NCBI GenBank assembly: GCA_963749705.1
Contig: CAVVNQ010000006.1
Location: forward strand, 96,001 to 160,000
Direction: 5' to 3'
Origin: an uncultured Chloroflexia bacterium
Lineage (GTDB): Bacteria > Chloroflexota > Limnocylindria > Limnocylindrales > CSP1-4
DNA: 64,000 bases
The position numbers were made by a program, and so were the translations under genes. Of the stretch, positions 18,695 to 28,479 are shown piece after piece (position 1 is the stretch's first letter; each line of letters begins with the position of its first letter). Below the pieces are notes generated by a model. That model made no database searches. It was given only the letters and a program-made list of their open reading frames with translations, and was not told the origin of the DNA.

Positions 18695-19576
18695 TCAGAG
18701 TCGGTTGGACTCGAGGAACGCGCGCAGCGTCTCGACCACCTGCTGATAGCTCTGCTCCCCGAGCACGAGCCCGAAGTGCGAGTGGGCGCCGAACGGCTCG
18801 TAGGGCGCGTCGAGCCACTCGGCGAGGCGCTCGACGTCCGGCTCCGGCACGTACACGTCCAGTCCGGCACCGATGACCAGCCGCGGGACATCGGGCAGCG
18901 CGCTGCGGTCGACGGGCACGCCCTGGAGCACCTGGCGCCTGGCGCGACCGGACTCGAACGGCTTCTGGCCCAGCATGTGCTGGATCCGGAGGACGTCGGC
19001 GATCGTCAGGTCGCGGTGCTCGCGGGCGAGCTTCTCGGGCAGCGTCTCCCAGCCCAGGGCGGCTCGCCCGTAGACGTCGGGAATGTCGCGCACGATGTGT
19101 GGTCGGACGGGTTCGCGCAGGTCCTTTGGCGTCTCGGGCGCGATCAGGACGTACGCCGATACCGGCGCCCGCTCGATCCCCTTGAGCACCAGCAGGCCGC
19201 CCAGACCGTGGCCGACCGCGACCACGCCCGGCCCCAGCCGCTCCATCGCGGCGACGACGTCCTCCGTGTAGGACTCGATGTCGAGCGTCTCCGGATCGGC
19301 GGTCTGCGACCAGTAGTGGTTGCGCAGGTTGAGGGCATGGCCCTCCCAGCCGCGGGCGGCGAAGTGATGCAGGTAGCGCTCCCACACCCAGGAGCCGCCG
19401 AGCTCGCCGTGCACGAACAGGATCGGCTTTCGCCGCGACCGGCGCTCCGGGAGCCAGGATTCGATGTACAGCCCCCGGTCGACGAGCTCGATCTCGTCCT
19501 TGCGCACGGGGCGCCCGTGGGGCGGCGGGGTGGTGCCCCCGCTGAGGAGGCGTTCAGGAGCGTTGAGGTCGGTCAT
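18695..19576 (-). CDS. Alpha/beta-hydrolase fold protein lacking the nucleophile Ser
   Basis: LFVHG, GHGLGG (in place of GxSxG) and C-terminal SHFG His motif. Confidence 0.8.
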   Translation of the reverse strand: MTDLNAPERLLSGGTTPPPHGRPVRKDEIELVDRGLYIESWLPERRSRRKPILFVHGELGGSWVWERYLHHFAARGWEGHALNLRNHYWSQTADPETLDIESYTEDVVAAMERLGPGVVAVGHGLGGLLVLKGIERAPVSAYVLIAPETPKDLREPVRPHIVRDIPDVYGRAALGWETLPEKLAREHRDLTIADVLRIQHMLGQKPFESGRARRQVLQGVPVDRSALPDVPRLVIGAGLDVYVPEPDVERLAEWLDAPYEPFGAHSHFGLVLGEQSYQQVVETLRAFLESNRL

Positions 19577-19593
19577 GGTCTCCGGTCCGCGGC

Positions 19594-20910
19594 CTACCAC
19601 TCGTGCGGGTTGAACACGAGCCCGGTGAGGGCCTTGGGATAGAAATAGGTGGATTTCTGGGGCATCACGTCGTGCTCGCGGGCGACGGCCAGGATCGCGG
19701 ACACCGGGGTCGGCTCGAGCAGGAACGCGGCGTCCGCATCGTCTCCCGAGGCCACCAGCGCCGCCGCCTCGGCGGCCGACTTGGTGTAGCGGATCCGCTG
19801 TCCGCCCGAAACCGCGTCGGCTCCGATCCCGCACAACGCGTCCAGCGTCGCACCCAGCAGCGACACGTCGAGGGAACGGACGGCCTCCCCTCCCCCGCCG
19901 ATGCGGCCCCTGAACGCCGCTCGCCGAGCGGTGAGCAGCGATGCACCGTCGCGGGTCAGCAGGCCCATCCGGCCCTCGCCACCCGGGAGCTCGCCGGCAG
20001 CCTCGAAGCGGGCAACCAGCGCGTCGGTCGTGGTCGCCTCGACCATGAACAGCTCACCCAGCCCGTCGGACAGCCGCCGGAGACCGCCCTCGCCGAGACC
20101 ATTGACGACCCGGTGGGTGGGCAGCACCGTCAGGTCGTCGGCCGCGTCGAGGAACAGCATCAGCAGGAAGTCGAATGGCGGGTCGGGCTCGCAGGAGCGC
20201 GTCATGCGTCGCTCGTCGCGGTAGCGGACGGCCGTCTCGTACCGGTGGTGGCCGTCCGCGATGGCGATCGGCCGCGCGCCGGCTGCCGTGACGATCTCGG
20301 CCACGGCACCATCGGGCGCACCGTCGTCGGGCGTCACCCACAGCCGGTGGCGGACGCCGTCATCGTCGGTCACCTCGACATCCGGGGCGGCGGCGGCGAT
20401 GGACGCCAGCCGGGTCGCGGCCGTCGAATCCGGATCCTGGTACAGCCCGATGACCGGCGAGGTGTTGACCCCGGTTGCCCGGAGCAGGCGATACCGGTCC
20501 TCCTTGGGCCCCGACATCGTCCGCTCGTGCGGCAGGATGCCACTGTCCGGCCCGAACGACTCGATCCGCAGCCGGCCGAAGAAGCCGCGCTGGGTACGCT
20601 CGACGGTGGTGCCCGGCACCCGGTACGCCTGCTCGTACACGTAGAGGCACGGACGCGGGTCCTTGCGCAGCGTGCCATCCGATCGCCACGCGGCCAGCGC
20701 GCGGGCTGCCCGACGATAGCGCTCGTCCGGGTCGTCGCCGGGCTCGGCAGCCGGCAGATCCAGCCGGACGGCATTGCTGGGGTGACGGGCGATCAGGTCG
20801 CGACGTAGATCGGCGCCGATCACGTCGTACGGCGGCGCGACCACCATGCCCAGGTCGCCGACCACGCCGGGATCGTAGCGAAGCGCGCGGAACGGGCGGA
20901 TGTCGGGCAC
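19594..20910 (-). CDS. DUF1015 family protein
   Basis: PFRALRY, APPYDVI, PHERT, IADGHHRYETA and MPQKSTYFYPK motifs. Confidence 0.92.
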   Translation of the reverse strand: MPDIRPFRALRYDPGVVGDLGMVVAPPYDVIGADLRRDLIARHPSNAVRLDLPAAEPGDDPDERYRRAARALAAWRSDGTLRKDPRPCLYVYEQAYRVPGTTVERTQRGFFGRLRIESFGPDSGILPHERTMSGPKEDRYRLLRATGVNTSPVIGLYQDPDSTAATRLASIAAAAPDVEVTDDDGVRHRLWVTPDDGAPDGAVAEIVTAAGARPIAIADGHHRYETAVRYRDERRMTRSCEPDPPFDFLLMLFLDAADDLTVLPTHRVVNGLGEGGLRRLSDGLGELFMVEATTTDALVARFEAAGELPGGEGRMGLLTRDGASLLTARRAAFRGRIGGGGEAVRSLDVSLLGATLDALCGIGADAVSGGQRIRYTKSAAEAAALVASGDDADAAFLLEPTPVSAILAVAREHDVMPQKSTYFYPKALTGLVFNPHEW

Positions 20911-21082
20911 GGGATCCTCTGGCACGCCGGGCGCAGGGCGCCGCGGGTTCGACGGGAAACGGGCCCCCGCATCGTACGACAGCCACGCGCCGACGGCCAA
21001 CGGAAGCCCCGATCCGCGGACCTCGACACCGCCGGATCCGCACCGGCGGCGGACCGCCGGCCGCGGTGCTACCGTCGCCTAC

Positions 21083-21559
21083 ATGGCTTCCCCGGCTGTC
21101 GCCCGTCGCGCGATCCGATCCGTCCTGCTCGCCCTCGGCCCGCTCGTCCTCGCGGCCTGCGGGACGCTCTCGATGAGCCCGCCCCCGGCCACGCCGACCG
21201 ACTTCCCCGGGCTCAGCGGCCGGCTCCACGCCGTCGGGATCGGCGTCGGGGACTATGTCTCGGGCGATGCGGGATGCACGGACCCGGACCTCGTGCCCGC
21301 CTCGATCAGCTTCCACGCCAGCGGTCTGGACCAGGCAGCCCCGGTCAAGCTGTACCTGTACGTGTTCCGGAACCTGGACGCCTTCGACCGCCACCGGGAC
21401 CAGATCGGGCCGTGCGCGGAGGCGTTCGTCACGGACCCCTCGACATTCGAGGAGATCGAGCAGTCGCCGTACGTCGTGGTGGGCCAGGGTCCCTGGGCAC
21501 CGCAGTTCGAGGCGGCGCTGCGGACGGTCCTGGCGCAGGCCGCCGGCACGGGCGGCTGA
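21083..21559 (+). CDS. Hypothetical lipoprotein
   Basis: Lipobox LAAC-G; two further Cys residues. Confidence 0.7.
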   Translation: MASPAVARRAIRSVLLALGPLVLAACGTLSMSPPPATPTDFPGLSGRLHAVGIGVGDYVSGDAGCTDPDLVPASISFHASGLDQAAPVKLYLYVFRNLDAFDRHRDQIGPCAEAFVTDPSTFEEIEQSPYVVVGQGPWAPQFEAALRTVLAQAAGTGG

Positions 21560-21727
21560 CCGGGAGGCTCCGCATCCGCGCCGGATCGGCGCCCCGGGTC
21601 CTGCCCGGGTACTGGCAGCGTCCGCAGCGAACCACACCGCTCCACACCGGGACCGACCCCACCGTCCCGTGATGCTCGGGACCAAGGAGCCGTCGATGTG
21701 GTGCGGCCACGCCCCGACGATCGGGCC

Positions 21728-22510
21728 ATGGAGCTCACCCCGCGCCGGCGACACGCCATCTCGACGATCCTGGCCATCGCCCTGGCCATCGAGTCCGTCA
21801 CCGCCGTCGCGGCCGCGGCCCACGTCAACGCCGCCCAGCGGAGCGGCCCCGTTGCGCCCCCGGTCGCCGGCGCACCGGCCGTCTCAGCCGCCGCGCCGGT
21901 GGCGGACATCAGCTGGTCGCCCGCCACGCTCGCCTCGGCCCGCCTCGAGATCTCGGCACCCAGGCCGGGAACCGTCGCCGCTGCGACCTCCGTCTCGAAG
22001 CCCGCCCGTCCCGATGCTCCACCCACGCCCGTCCGGTCGACGCAGGTCAACCAGTCCCCGGCGGCCGGCTCCGCCACGGCGACCGGCTCGACCACGGCGG
22101 CGATTCGCTACAGCGGCAGGAACCACGTCTGGATCCCGGCGCTGGGCATCAACCGGTCGGTGAACCTGTTCCCGTGCGACCGCAAGCGCCCGCCGGACAA
22201 CCTCGTGTACCGCTGGGGCTGCGCCGGGACCAACAACGTCTACCTGCTGGGACACGCCTACAGCGTGTTCAAGCCGCTCCACGACGCGTACACGAGCCAT
22301 CGGCTCAAGGCGGGCCTGAAGGTGTACTACGCCGATGGCAACGGCAAGGTGCACGTGTATGCCGTCAAGTGGTGGAAGACCACGCCACCCACCACCTCGG
22401 CGTCGTGGGCATGGGCCGCGCAGCCGACGCCGTCGATGACGCTCCAGACGTGCGTCGGCGCCAACAGCGAGCTGCGGCTGATGGTGCGCCTGGTCGAGGT
22501 GCGGTCCTAG
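21728..22510 (+). CDS. Sortase-domain protein (class F/D-like) with N-terminal membrane/signal segment and Ala/Pro/Thr linker
   Basis: IPALGIN, GHA (His), TLQTC (Cys) and RLMV (Arg) catalytic triad pattern. Confidence 0.75.
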   Translation: MELTPRRRHAISTILAIALAIESVTAVAAAAHVNAAQRSGPVAPPVAGAPAVSAAAPVADISWSPATLASARLEISAPRPGTVAAATSVSKPARPDAPPTPVRSTQVNQSPAAGSATATGSTTAAIRYSGRNHVWIPALGINRSVNLFPCDRKRPPDNLVYRWGCAGTNNVYLLGHAYSVFKPLHDAYTSHRLKAGLKVYYADGNGKVHVYAVKWWKTTPPTTSASWAWAAQPTPSMTLQTCVGANSELRLMVRLVEVRS

Positions 22511-22568
22511 CGTCCGTCCGCGCGCCCCTGCGCGGCCACGCCGCTGCGCGGCGCGCCTCGATCGCGAG

Positions 22569-23735
22569 TCAGACGACCCGCAGGCCCAGGATCCTGCGTG
22601 CGATGACCAGCCGCTGGATCTGGCTGGTCCCCTCCCCGATCTCGGTCAGCTTCGCGTCACGCATGAACCGCTCGACGTGGTAGTCCTCCACGTACCCATA
22701 GCCGCCGTGGACCTGGATCGCGGCGTTGGTGACGCGCGACGAGACCTCCGAGGCGAACAGCTTGGCCTGCGCGGCGGCGAGTCCGTAGTCGCGGTCCTGG
22801 TCCTTGAGCCAGGCGGCGCGGTACACGAGCGCGCGGGCGGCCTCGATCTCGGTCGCCATGTCGGCGATCATGAACGCGACCCCCTGGAACGTCCCGATCG
22901 GGCGTCCGAACTGCTCGCGTGACCTTGCATACGGGACCGCTGCATCGAATGCAGCCTGGGCCAGCCCGAGTGCGAGCGCCGCGACCGAGATCCGGCCACC
23001 GTCGAGCACCTTGAGGAACGCACGGAACCCGGCGCCCTCGTCGCCCAGCAGGTTCGCGGCCGGGACCCTGACCCCGTCGAAGTTGAGCTCTCCCGTCGCC
23101 GAGGCGTGGAGCCCCATCTTCTCCTCGAGCCGGCCGACGTTGAACCCGGGCGTATCGGCGGGCACGATGAATGCGGAGATCGACCCCGAGCCGTCCGTGG
23201 CGGGTCCGGTGCGGGCGGTGATGATGTACGTCCCGGCCTGCCCGGCATTGGTGATGAACCGCTTCTGGCCGTTGATGACGAAGGTCGCCCCGTCCGGACC
23301 ATCCTCGCGGCGAGCGGTCGTCCGGGTGCCCCCGGCGTCGGATCCGGCGTCCGATTCGGTCAGCCCGTAGGCGCCCAGCACCCTGCCCGCGGCCATCGGC
23401 GGCAGGAAGCGGTCCCGCTGCTCGTCGCTGCCGGCGATCAGCAGCGGCCCGCAGCCCAGGCTCGTGTGCGCCGCGACGATCAGGCCGAGCGACCCCCAGA
23501 CGCGGCCGATCTCCTCGATCGCGATCGCGTAGGCCAGGGTGTCCATCCCGGCACCGCCCCAGCGCTCCGGCACGTTGATCCCCAGCCAGCCCATGTCGGC
23601 GATCCGGGCGACGATCTCGGTCGGGAAGCGTCGCGCCCGCTCGTGCTCGTCGACGACCGGCTCCACCTCCGTGGTCATGAACTCGCGGATCGTGTCGCGA
23701 AGGAGGACGTGGTCGGGTGACAGGTCGAGGTCCAT
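22569..23735 (-). CDS. Acyl-CoA dehydrogenase
   Basis: GLTE..AGSD, K.FITNA, REQFG.PI..FQ, QVHGGYGY and EIGEGTSQIQR motifs. Confidence 0.93.
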   Translation of the reverse strand: MDLDLSPDHVLLRDTIREFMTTEVEPVVDEHERARRFPTEIVARIADMGWLGINVPERWGGAGMDTLAYAIAIEEIGRVWGSLGLIVAAHTSLGCGPLLIAGSDEQRDRFLPPMAAGRVLGAYGLTESDAGSDAGGTRTTARREDGPDGATFVINGQKRFITNAGQAGTYIITARTGPATDGSGSISAFIVPADTPGFNVGRLEEKMGLHASATGELNFDGVRVPAANLLGDEGAGFRAFLKVLDGGRISVAALALGLAQAAFDAAVPYARSREQFGRPIGTFQGVAFMIADMATEIEAARALVYRAAWLKDQDRDYGLAAAQAKLFASEVSSRVTNAAIQVHGGYGYVEDYHVERFMRDAKLTEIGEGTSQIQRLVIARRILGLRVV

Positions 23736-23830
23736 CACCGGAGCGTAGCACCGGGCCTCGGGCGGCCAGCGGCGTGCGCGTCACGCGTCGCTCACGCGCG
23801 CCCGGCGCGTTCTTGTTAGCCTCTGCCCGC

Positions 23831-24547
23831 ATGCCCGAGCCCGCAGTCCCGCCCGCCTCCAGCCCCACAGCCATCGCCGGCTCCGAGTCCGCGCTCCGGC
23901 GCGCGATCCTGCACCACCTCCGGCGCACGGGCCCGTCGGCGCCCGATGCGATCGCGACGGCGCTGGGTGCCAGCCGGAGTGGCGTTGCCCAGCAGCTGCG
24001 CGCCCTCGACGGCGCCGGACTCGTGACGCGCACGAAGGAGCGCCACGGCGTGGGGCGGCCGCGGCACGTGTACGACATCACCGCCGATGCGCAGGACCTG
24101 TTCCCGACCAACTACGACGGGCTGGCCACGGGCCTGATGACCGCGATCCTCGAGGTCGGCGGCGACAGCCTGCTGGACGACGTGTTCGCGGCGCGACGTC
24201 GCCAGGCCGAGGCCCAGCTGCGCGAGCGGATGGCCGCCGTCCTGCCCGCCGGCGCCTCGATCGTCGACCGGGTGCGAGAGCTCGCGCGCCTCCAGGACGA
24301 GCTGGGCTACCTGTCCGAGGCCGTGTTCGACGACGGGGAGATCCGGCTCGTCGAGCACAACTGCGCCGTGCTCGACGTCGCGCGCACGAACCCGGCCGCA
24401 TGTGCGGCGGAGCTCGAGCTGTTCCGGGGCGTGCTGGGCGCGGAGGTTACGAGGGAGCGGCACATCGCCGTCGGCGATCGCTGTTGCGAGTACCGGATCT
24501 CGTCGTCGCCGCCCGCGACGTCGGCCACGGGTCACCGCCCGGACTGA
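23831..24547 (+). CDS. SufR-like (ArsR-HTH, Cys-containing) transcriptional regulator
   Basis: HTH followed by GVGRP...Y, FP..YD, HNC-x12-C-x2-E and C-terminal CC. Confidence 0.75.
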   Translation: MPEPAVPPASSPTAIAGSESALRRAILHHLRRTGPSAPDAIATALGASRSGVAQQLRALDGAGLVTRTKERHGVGRPRHVYDITADAQDLFPTNYDGLATGLMTAILEVGGDSLLDDVFAARRRQAEAQLRERMAAVLPAGASIVDRVRELARLQDELGYLSEAVFDDGEIRLVEHNCAVLDVARTNPAACAAELELFRGVLGAEVTRERHIAVGDRCCEYRISSSPPATSATGHRPD

Positions 24548-24632
24548 CCGGCCCGATCTCACCGGCGGGTACCCGCCCGGACCCAGGGGACTCACGGGGC
24601 GGGTGGATGCCCGGACCCGGTGACGCGCCGCC

Positions 24633-25688
24633 CTACGCCTCTTCGCGCTCCACGACATCGCGCGAGGCGGGCTCGCGGCGGGGCAGCGGGATCTCCGAGA
24701 CGTTGGGCACGAACGACGCGGCGAGCGATGTCGCGGCGATCTGCTCCTGCTCCTCGAGCGACAGGATGCCCAGCCGCCCGAGCGTCGCCATCTCGTCCCG
24801 GATGTAGGTCTTGAGCATCTCGGGGCCGTCGGTGCTGATGACGTACCGGACCCCGTTCCGCCGGAACTGGTCGAAGATCCAGCGGAACTCGTCCCAGCCG
24901 GAAACGACGCCGGTATTGAGGTTCGACGTGGGGCAGACCTCGAGCACGATGCCCCGGTCGCGAAGCATGTCCATCGCCCGCGGATCGAAGGCCGCCTTGA
25001 CCCCGTGGCCGATGCGGTCCGGCTCCAGCAGCTCGATGACGCGGGCGATCTCCTCGACCGGACCCGATTCACCGGTATGGACGGTGATCCCCAGGCCGTA
25101 CTGGCGCGCGCGCCGGAACAGCCGTCGATAGTCGGCCACCCGGAACGTCGCGGACTCGGGGCCGGCGATGTCGATGCCGACCACGCCCCGGTCGCGCCAG
25201 GTGATCGCCTTCTCCGCGATGATCTCGTTGAGCTCGAACGGGAAGGCGCGATCGAGGCAGAAGATGAGGCCCGGCCGGACCGGGTACTCGAGGGTCGCCC
25301 GGTCCATGCCGCGCACCGCCGCGGCGATGATGTGGTCGAGATCCTGCTCCCCGCCCCGGTTCCGCTTCATCGGGTTGAAGCGAAGCTCCATCGTGGTCAC
25401 GTTGTTCTTGCGATACGCCCCGCCGACGACCTCGTAGACGGCACGCTCCACGGCGATCGGGCTGGACTGGATCAGCTCGGTCCAGTGGAACAGCTGCAGG
25501 TACCCGTCGAAGCTCTTGGGCCGGCGCGGATGGACGGTGATCAGGTCCCGGAAGTCCCAGTAGTCGCGGGTCGGGAGCTTGATGCCCTGCGCGTGGGCGA
25601 TCGACCACATGATCGCCGGCGTGACGGCCGCGCCCAGGTGGCAGTGGAGCTCTGCGAGGGGGACCTTGCGGCTGAGTCGGGCGACCAT
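24633..25688 (-). CDS. add: Adenosine deaminase family protein
   Basis: ELHCHL, E.RF.P, HTGE, RIGHG, CPTSN and STDGP motifs. Confidence 0.82.
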   Translation of the reverse strand: MVARLSRKVPLAELHCHLGAAVTPAIMWSIAHAQGIKLPTRDYWDFRDLITVHPRRPKSFDGYLQLFHWTELIQSSPIAVERAVYEVVGGAYRKNNVTTMELRFNPMKRNRGGEQDLDHIIAAAVRGMDRATLEYPVRPGLIFCLDRAFPFELNEIIAEKAITWRDRGVVGIDIAGPESATFRVADYRRLFRRARQYGLGITVHTGESGPVEEIARVIELLEPDRIGHGVKAAFDPRAMDMLRDRGIVLEVCPTSNLNTGVVSGWDEFRWIFDQFRRNGVRYVISTDGPEMLKTYIRDEMATLGRLGILSLEEQEQIAATSLAASFVPNVSEIPLPRREPASRDVVEREEA

Positions 25689-25733
25689 CCCCGCGAGCAT
25701 AACGGGTATGGGGTCAGCCCATGCAGACCTCGA

Positions 25734-27378
25734 TCAGCCGACGCAGACCTCGTACGCGAGCGCCGGGCCCGAGGACGGCACGAGCTCCAGCCGGTAGCGT
25801 CCGGCGGCAAGCCCGACGGCCGGCAGCGCCACGAGCGTGAGCCCGCCCGTCGCCGGCTCGCCGGCCATCAGCCGCGTCGGCAGCGGTTCCGCGCCACCGG
25901 TCCTCGACAGACGCACGCCCACGATGGTCGTCCCGCGCGGCGTCTGGACCGCGAGCAACCGGTCGGCGGGCGTGACGGTCGCGCCTCGGCCACAGGTCCC
26001 GGTGCCCGGACCGCCCACCAGGTCGAGGTCGGTCACGATCGGCTGCCCGGCGACCCCACCCGGGGCCGCGACTGCGGCCATCCAGCGGCCGAGCAGCGCC
26101 AGCGGCGAGGACGGCGACGCGGTCGCCGGCGACGGCACGATCTCCACGTGCCAGACCCGCGCCTGGTAGCTCCCGTCCGGACCCGTCCACGACGCCGTCA
26201 GCTCGTACACCCCGGCGGCAAACGAGGCGCCCGCCCCGGCTCGCTCCAGGACGACGACCCCGGCGCGCGCGGACGCCGGCGGATCCGGTCCGGCGGTCGG
26301 GGCATGTGGCGCGGCGGCATCTGCCGCCACGACCTCGACCGGCGCCCGCACGCTGCCGCCGACCGGTGTGAGCATCTCGATCCACAGGTACGGATCGCGC
26401 GCGCCCGGGGGCAGCGCGGCGCCAAGGGCGGCGACATCGGTCGACGGCACCGGCGCCACCAGCGGCTGCCGCCCCGGCCGCGCCGATGCGAGCCAGGCCT
26501 CGTGCTCGGTCAGCGGCTCCGACACCTCCGCGTCGACCGCGATCACCTCGCCACCGACGACGGCGATCGGGCCCTCGGGAAGCCCCCCGATGCTGCCGGC
26601 GATGTCCGCCGGCGGGCCCGACACCGACGCCGGCGCGACCGACCCGATGTCCCCCGGGACGGTCGTCAGCAGCCGCGTGATCCCGGACCCGAGCAGCACG
26701 TCGAAACGGTACCTGCCAGCGGGCCAGGCCCCGGCAACCGCGGTGGCCGTCGCGTCGGGGAGCCATAGCCAGGACCCGGGGTCGGGCCCGGGAAGGCGCG
26801 ACCGCACCGATCCGACGCGGCGTCGCCACGGAACCCAGCTTCCAGATCCGGATGTCGAGCGGGAGACGGTCGGCGGGCGTGGTCACGCCGACGGCGACGA
26901 CGACATCGCCCGTCGCGGCGGGCGACACGACGGTCCCGAGATTCCAGGTGTCACCGGTGAGATCGGCCGGGCTCCAGCGTTCCTCGAGACCGGTCCCCGA
27001 ACCGTCGCCCGGCGGCCGCTCGCCCGGTCGCACCACGATCACGCGGATCCCCCAGTCATCGTGCGGTCGGGCCGCCGCTTCGATGTCGGCGGCCTGCAGC
27101 CGGCTCGCAGCCTGGGCGCCTGCGCCGGTGGCGCCCTGGTCAGCGAGGCCGCCGGAACCCAGCGCGTCGCGCTCACCCGCGGAAGGGTCGCTCACCGCCC
27201 AGGGTCGGAGGACCGTCACGAGCAGGAACACCACCACCACGATCGCCGCGCCCGATCGCGATCCGCGGCATGCGGCCGCCACCGACGCGCCTCGGCTCGA
27301 TGTCGATCCCGCCGGCCGCTCGGCTTGCTGACGTGCGGTCGGGCTTGATGCTGCCCGGCGCGCCGGCACCGCGGGGCA
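25734..27378 (-). CDS. Membrane-anchored extracellular hypothetical protein, frameshifted near 27250 and 26800
   Basis: Protein-like segments continue across three frames (MPRIAI / AAIVVVVFLLVTVLRPW...LDIRIWK / LPGPDPGSWLWLP..WPAGRYRFDV); follows lipA. Confidence 0.5.
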
Positions 27379-27398
27379 TGGCCCCGATCCTGCCCCGG

Positions 27399-28454
27399 TC
27401 AGCTCGCCGCGGGGACGACGCGGCCGTGTGCGTCCAGGGTCGCCTGCCGGCGCAGCGCACGCAGCTCGGCACCCGGGACCTGGTCGCGTGCGTGGTAGCT
27501 CGAGCGGACCAGCGGGCCCGACTCCACGTGCTTGAACCCCAGCGCCAGGGCCTCGGCCTTCATCTCGGCGAACTCGTCGGGGTGGTAGTAGCGGACCAGC
27601 GGCAGGTGATCCGTGGTCGGGCGCAGGTATTGCCCGATGGTCAGGATGTCGCAGTCCACGTCGCGCAGGGCCGTGAAGCACTCGGTCAGCTCGGCCCGTG
27701 TCTCGCCCAGCCCGACCATGAGCGACGACTTGGTGTGCGCCTCGTGGCCGTACTCGGCCGCATAGGCCTTGGCGCGCTCGAGGACCGACAGCGTGCGGTC
27801 CCAGCGGGCGCGCTTGCGGACCGGCCTCTGGAGCCGCTTCACGGTCTCGAGGTTGTGGTTGAGGATGTCGGGTCCCGCGTCCATCACGGCCCGCAGCGGC
27901 GCTTCCTCGCCGTTGAAGTCCGGGATCAGGACCTCCACGCCCATGCCCGGGCTGCGGGTGCGGAGCTCGCGGATGGTCGCCGCGAACGCGCCCGCTCCCC
28001 CGTCCGGCAGGTCGTCGCGGGCGACGCTCGTGACCACCACGTGGTCGAGGTTCATGGCGGCGACGGCCTCGGCGACCCGCCGCGGCTCGTCGTCGTCGAA
28101 CCAGGTGGGCTTGCCGGTCTTGATCGCGCAGAAGCCGCAGGCGCGGGTACAGGTGTCGCCCAGGATCATCACCGTCGCGGTGCGCTGGTCCCAGCACTCG
28201 CCGACGTTCGGGCAGCGGGCTTCCTCGCACACGGTGTTGAGGTTCAGGCCGGAGAGCAGCCCCTTGAGCTCGTGGTAGTTGTCGCCCGACGGCATCCGGG
28301 ACTTGATCCAGTCCGGGTGGCGGCGGAGCGGCATCGTGCCGTCCGCGGCCGCGCCGAATGTGCCGCCGCCCATCGCGATCGAGATGGGCGTGGCCGGTGC
28401 GTGGTCGTGGCCCTTGCCGGGGCCGGGATCGAAGATCGGGAGGTCGCGGGTCAT
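27399..28454 (-). CDS. lipA: Lipoyl synthase
   Basis: CEEARCPNVGEC, CTRACGFC, NHNLETV, GQYL.P and RSSY motifs. Confidence 0.97.
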   Translation of the reverse strand: MTRDLPIFDPGPGKGHDHAPATPISIAMGGGTFGAAADGTMPLRRHPDWIKSRMPSGDNYHELKGLLSGLNLNTVCEEARCPNVGECWDQRTATVMILGDTCTRACGFCAIKTGKPTWFDDDEPRRVAEAVAAMNLDHVVVTSVARDDLPDGGAGAFAATIRELRTRSPGMGVEVLIPDFNGEEAPLRAVMDAGPDILNHNLETVKRLQRPVRKRARWDRTLSVLERAKAYAAEYGHEAHTKSSLMVGLGETRAELTECFTALRDVDCDILTIGQYLRPTTDHLPLVRYYHPDEFAEMKAEALALGFKHVESGPLVRSSYHARDQVPGAELRALRRQATLDAHGRVVPAAS

Positions 28455-28479
28455 CGTCGTCTGTCGCCGTCCGGATCCG

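Noticed and set aside
24558-24618. Degenerate direct repeat CTCAC..GGCGGGT...GCCCGGACCC between convergent genes
   Set aside because: Two imperfect copies in very GC-rich DNA; probably a duplicated terminator-like hairpin with no further support.
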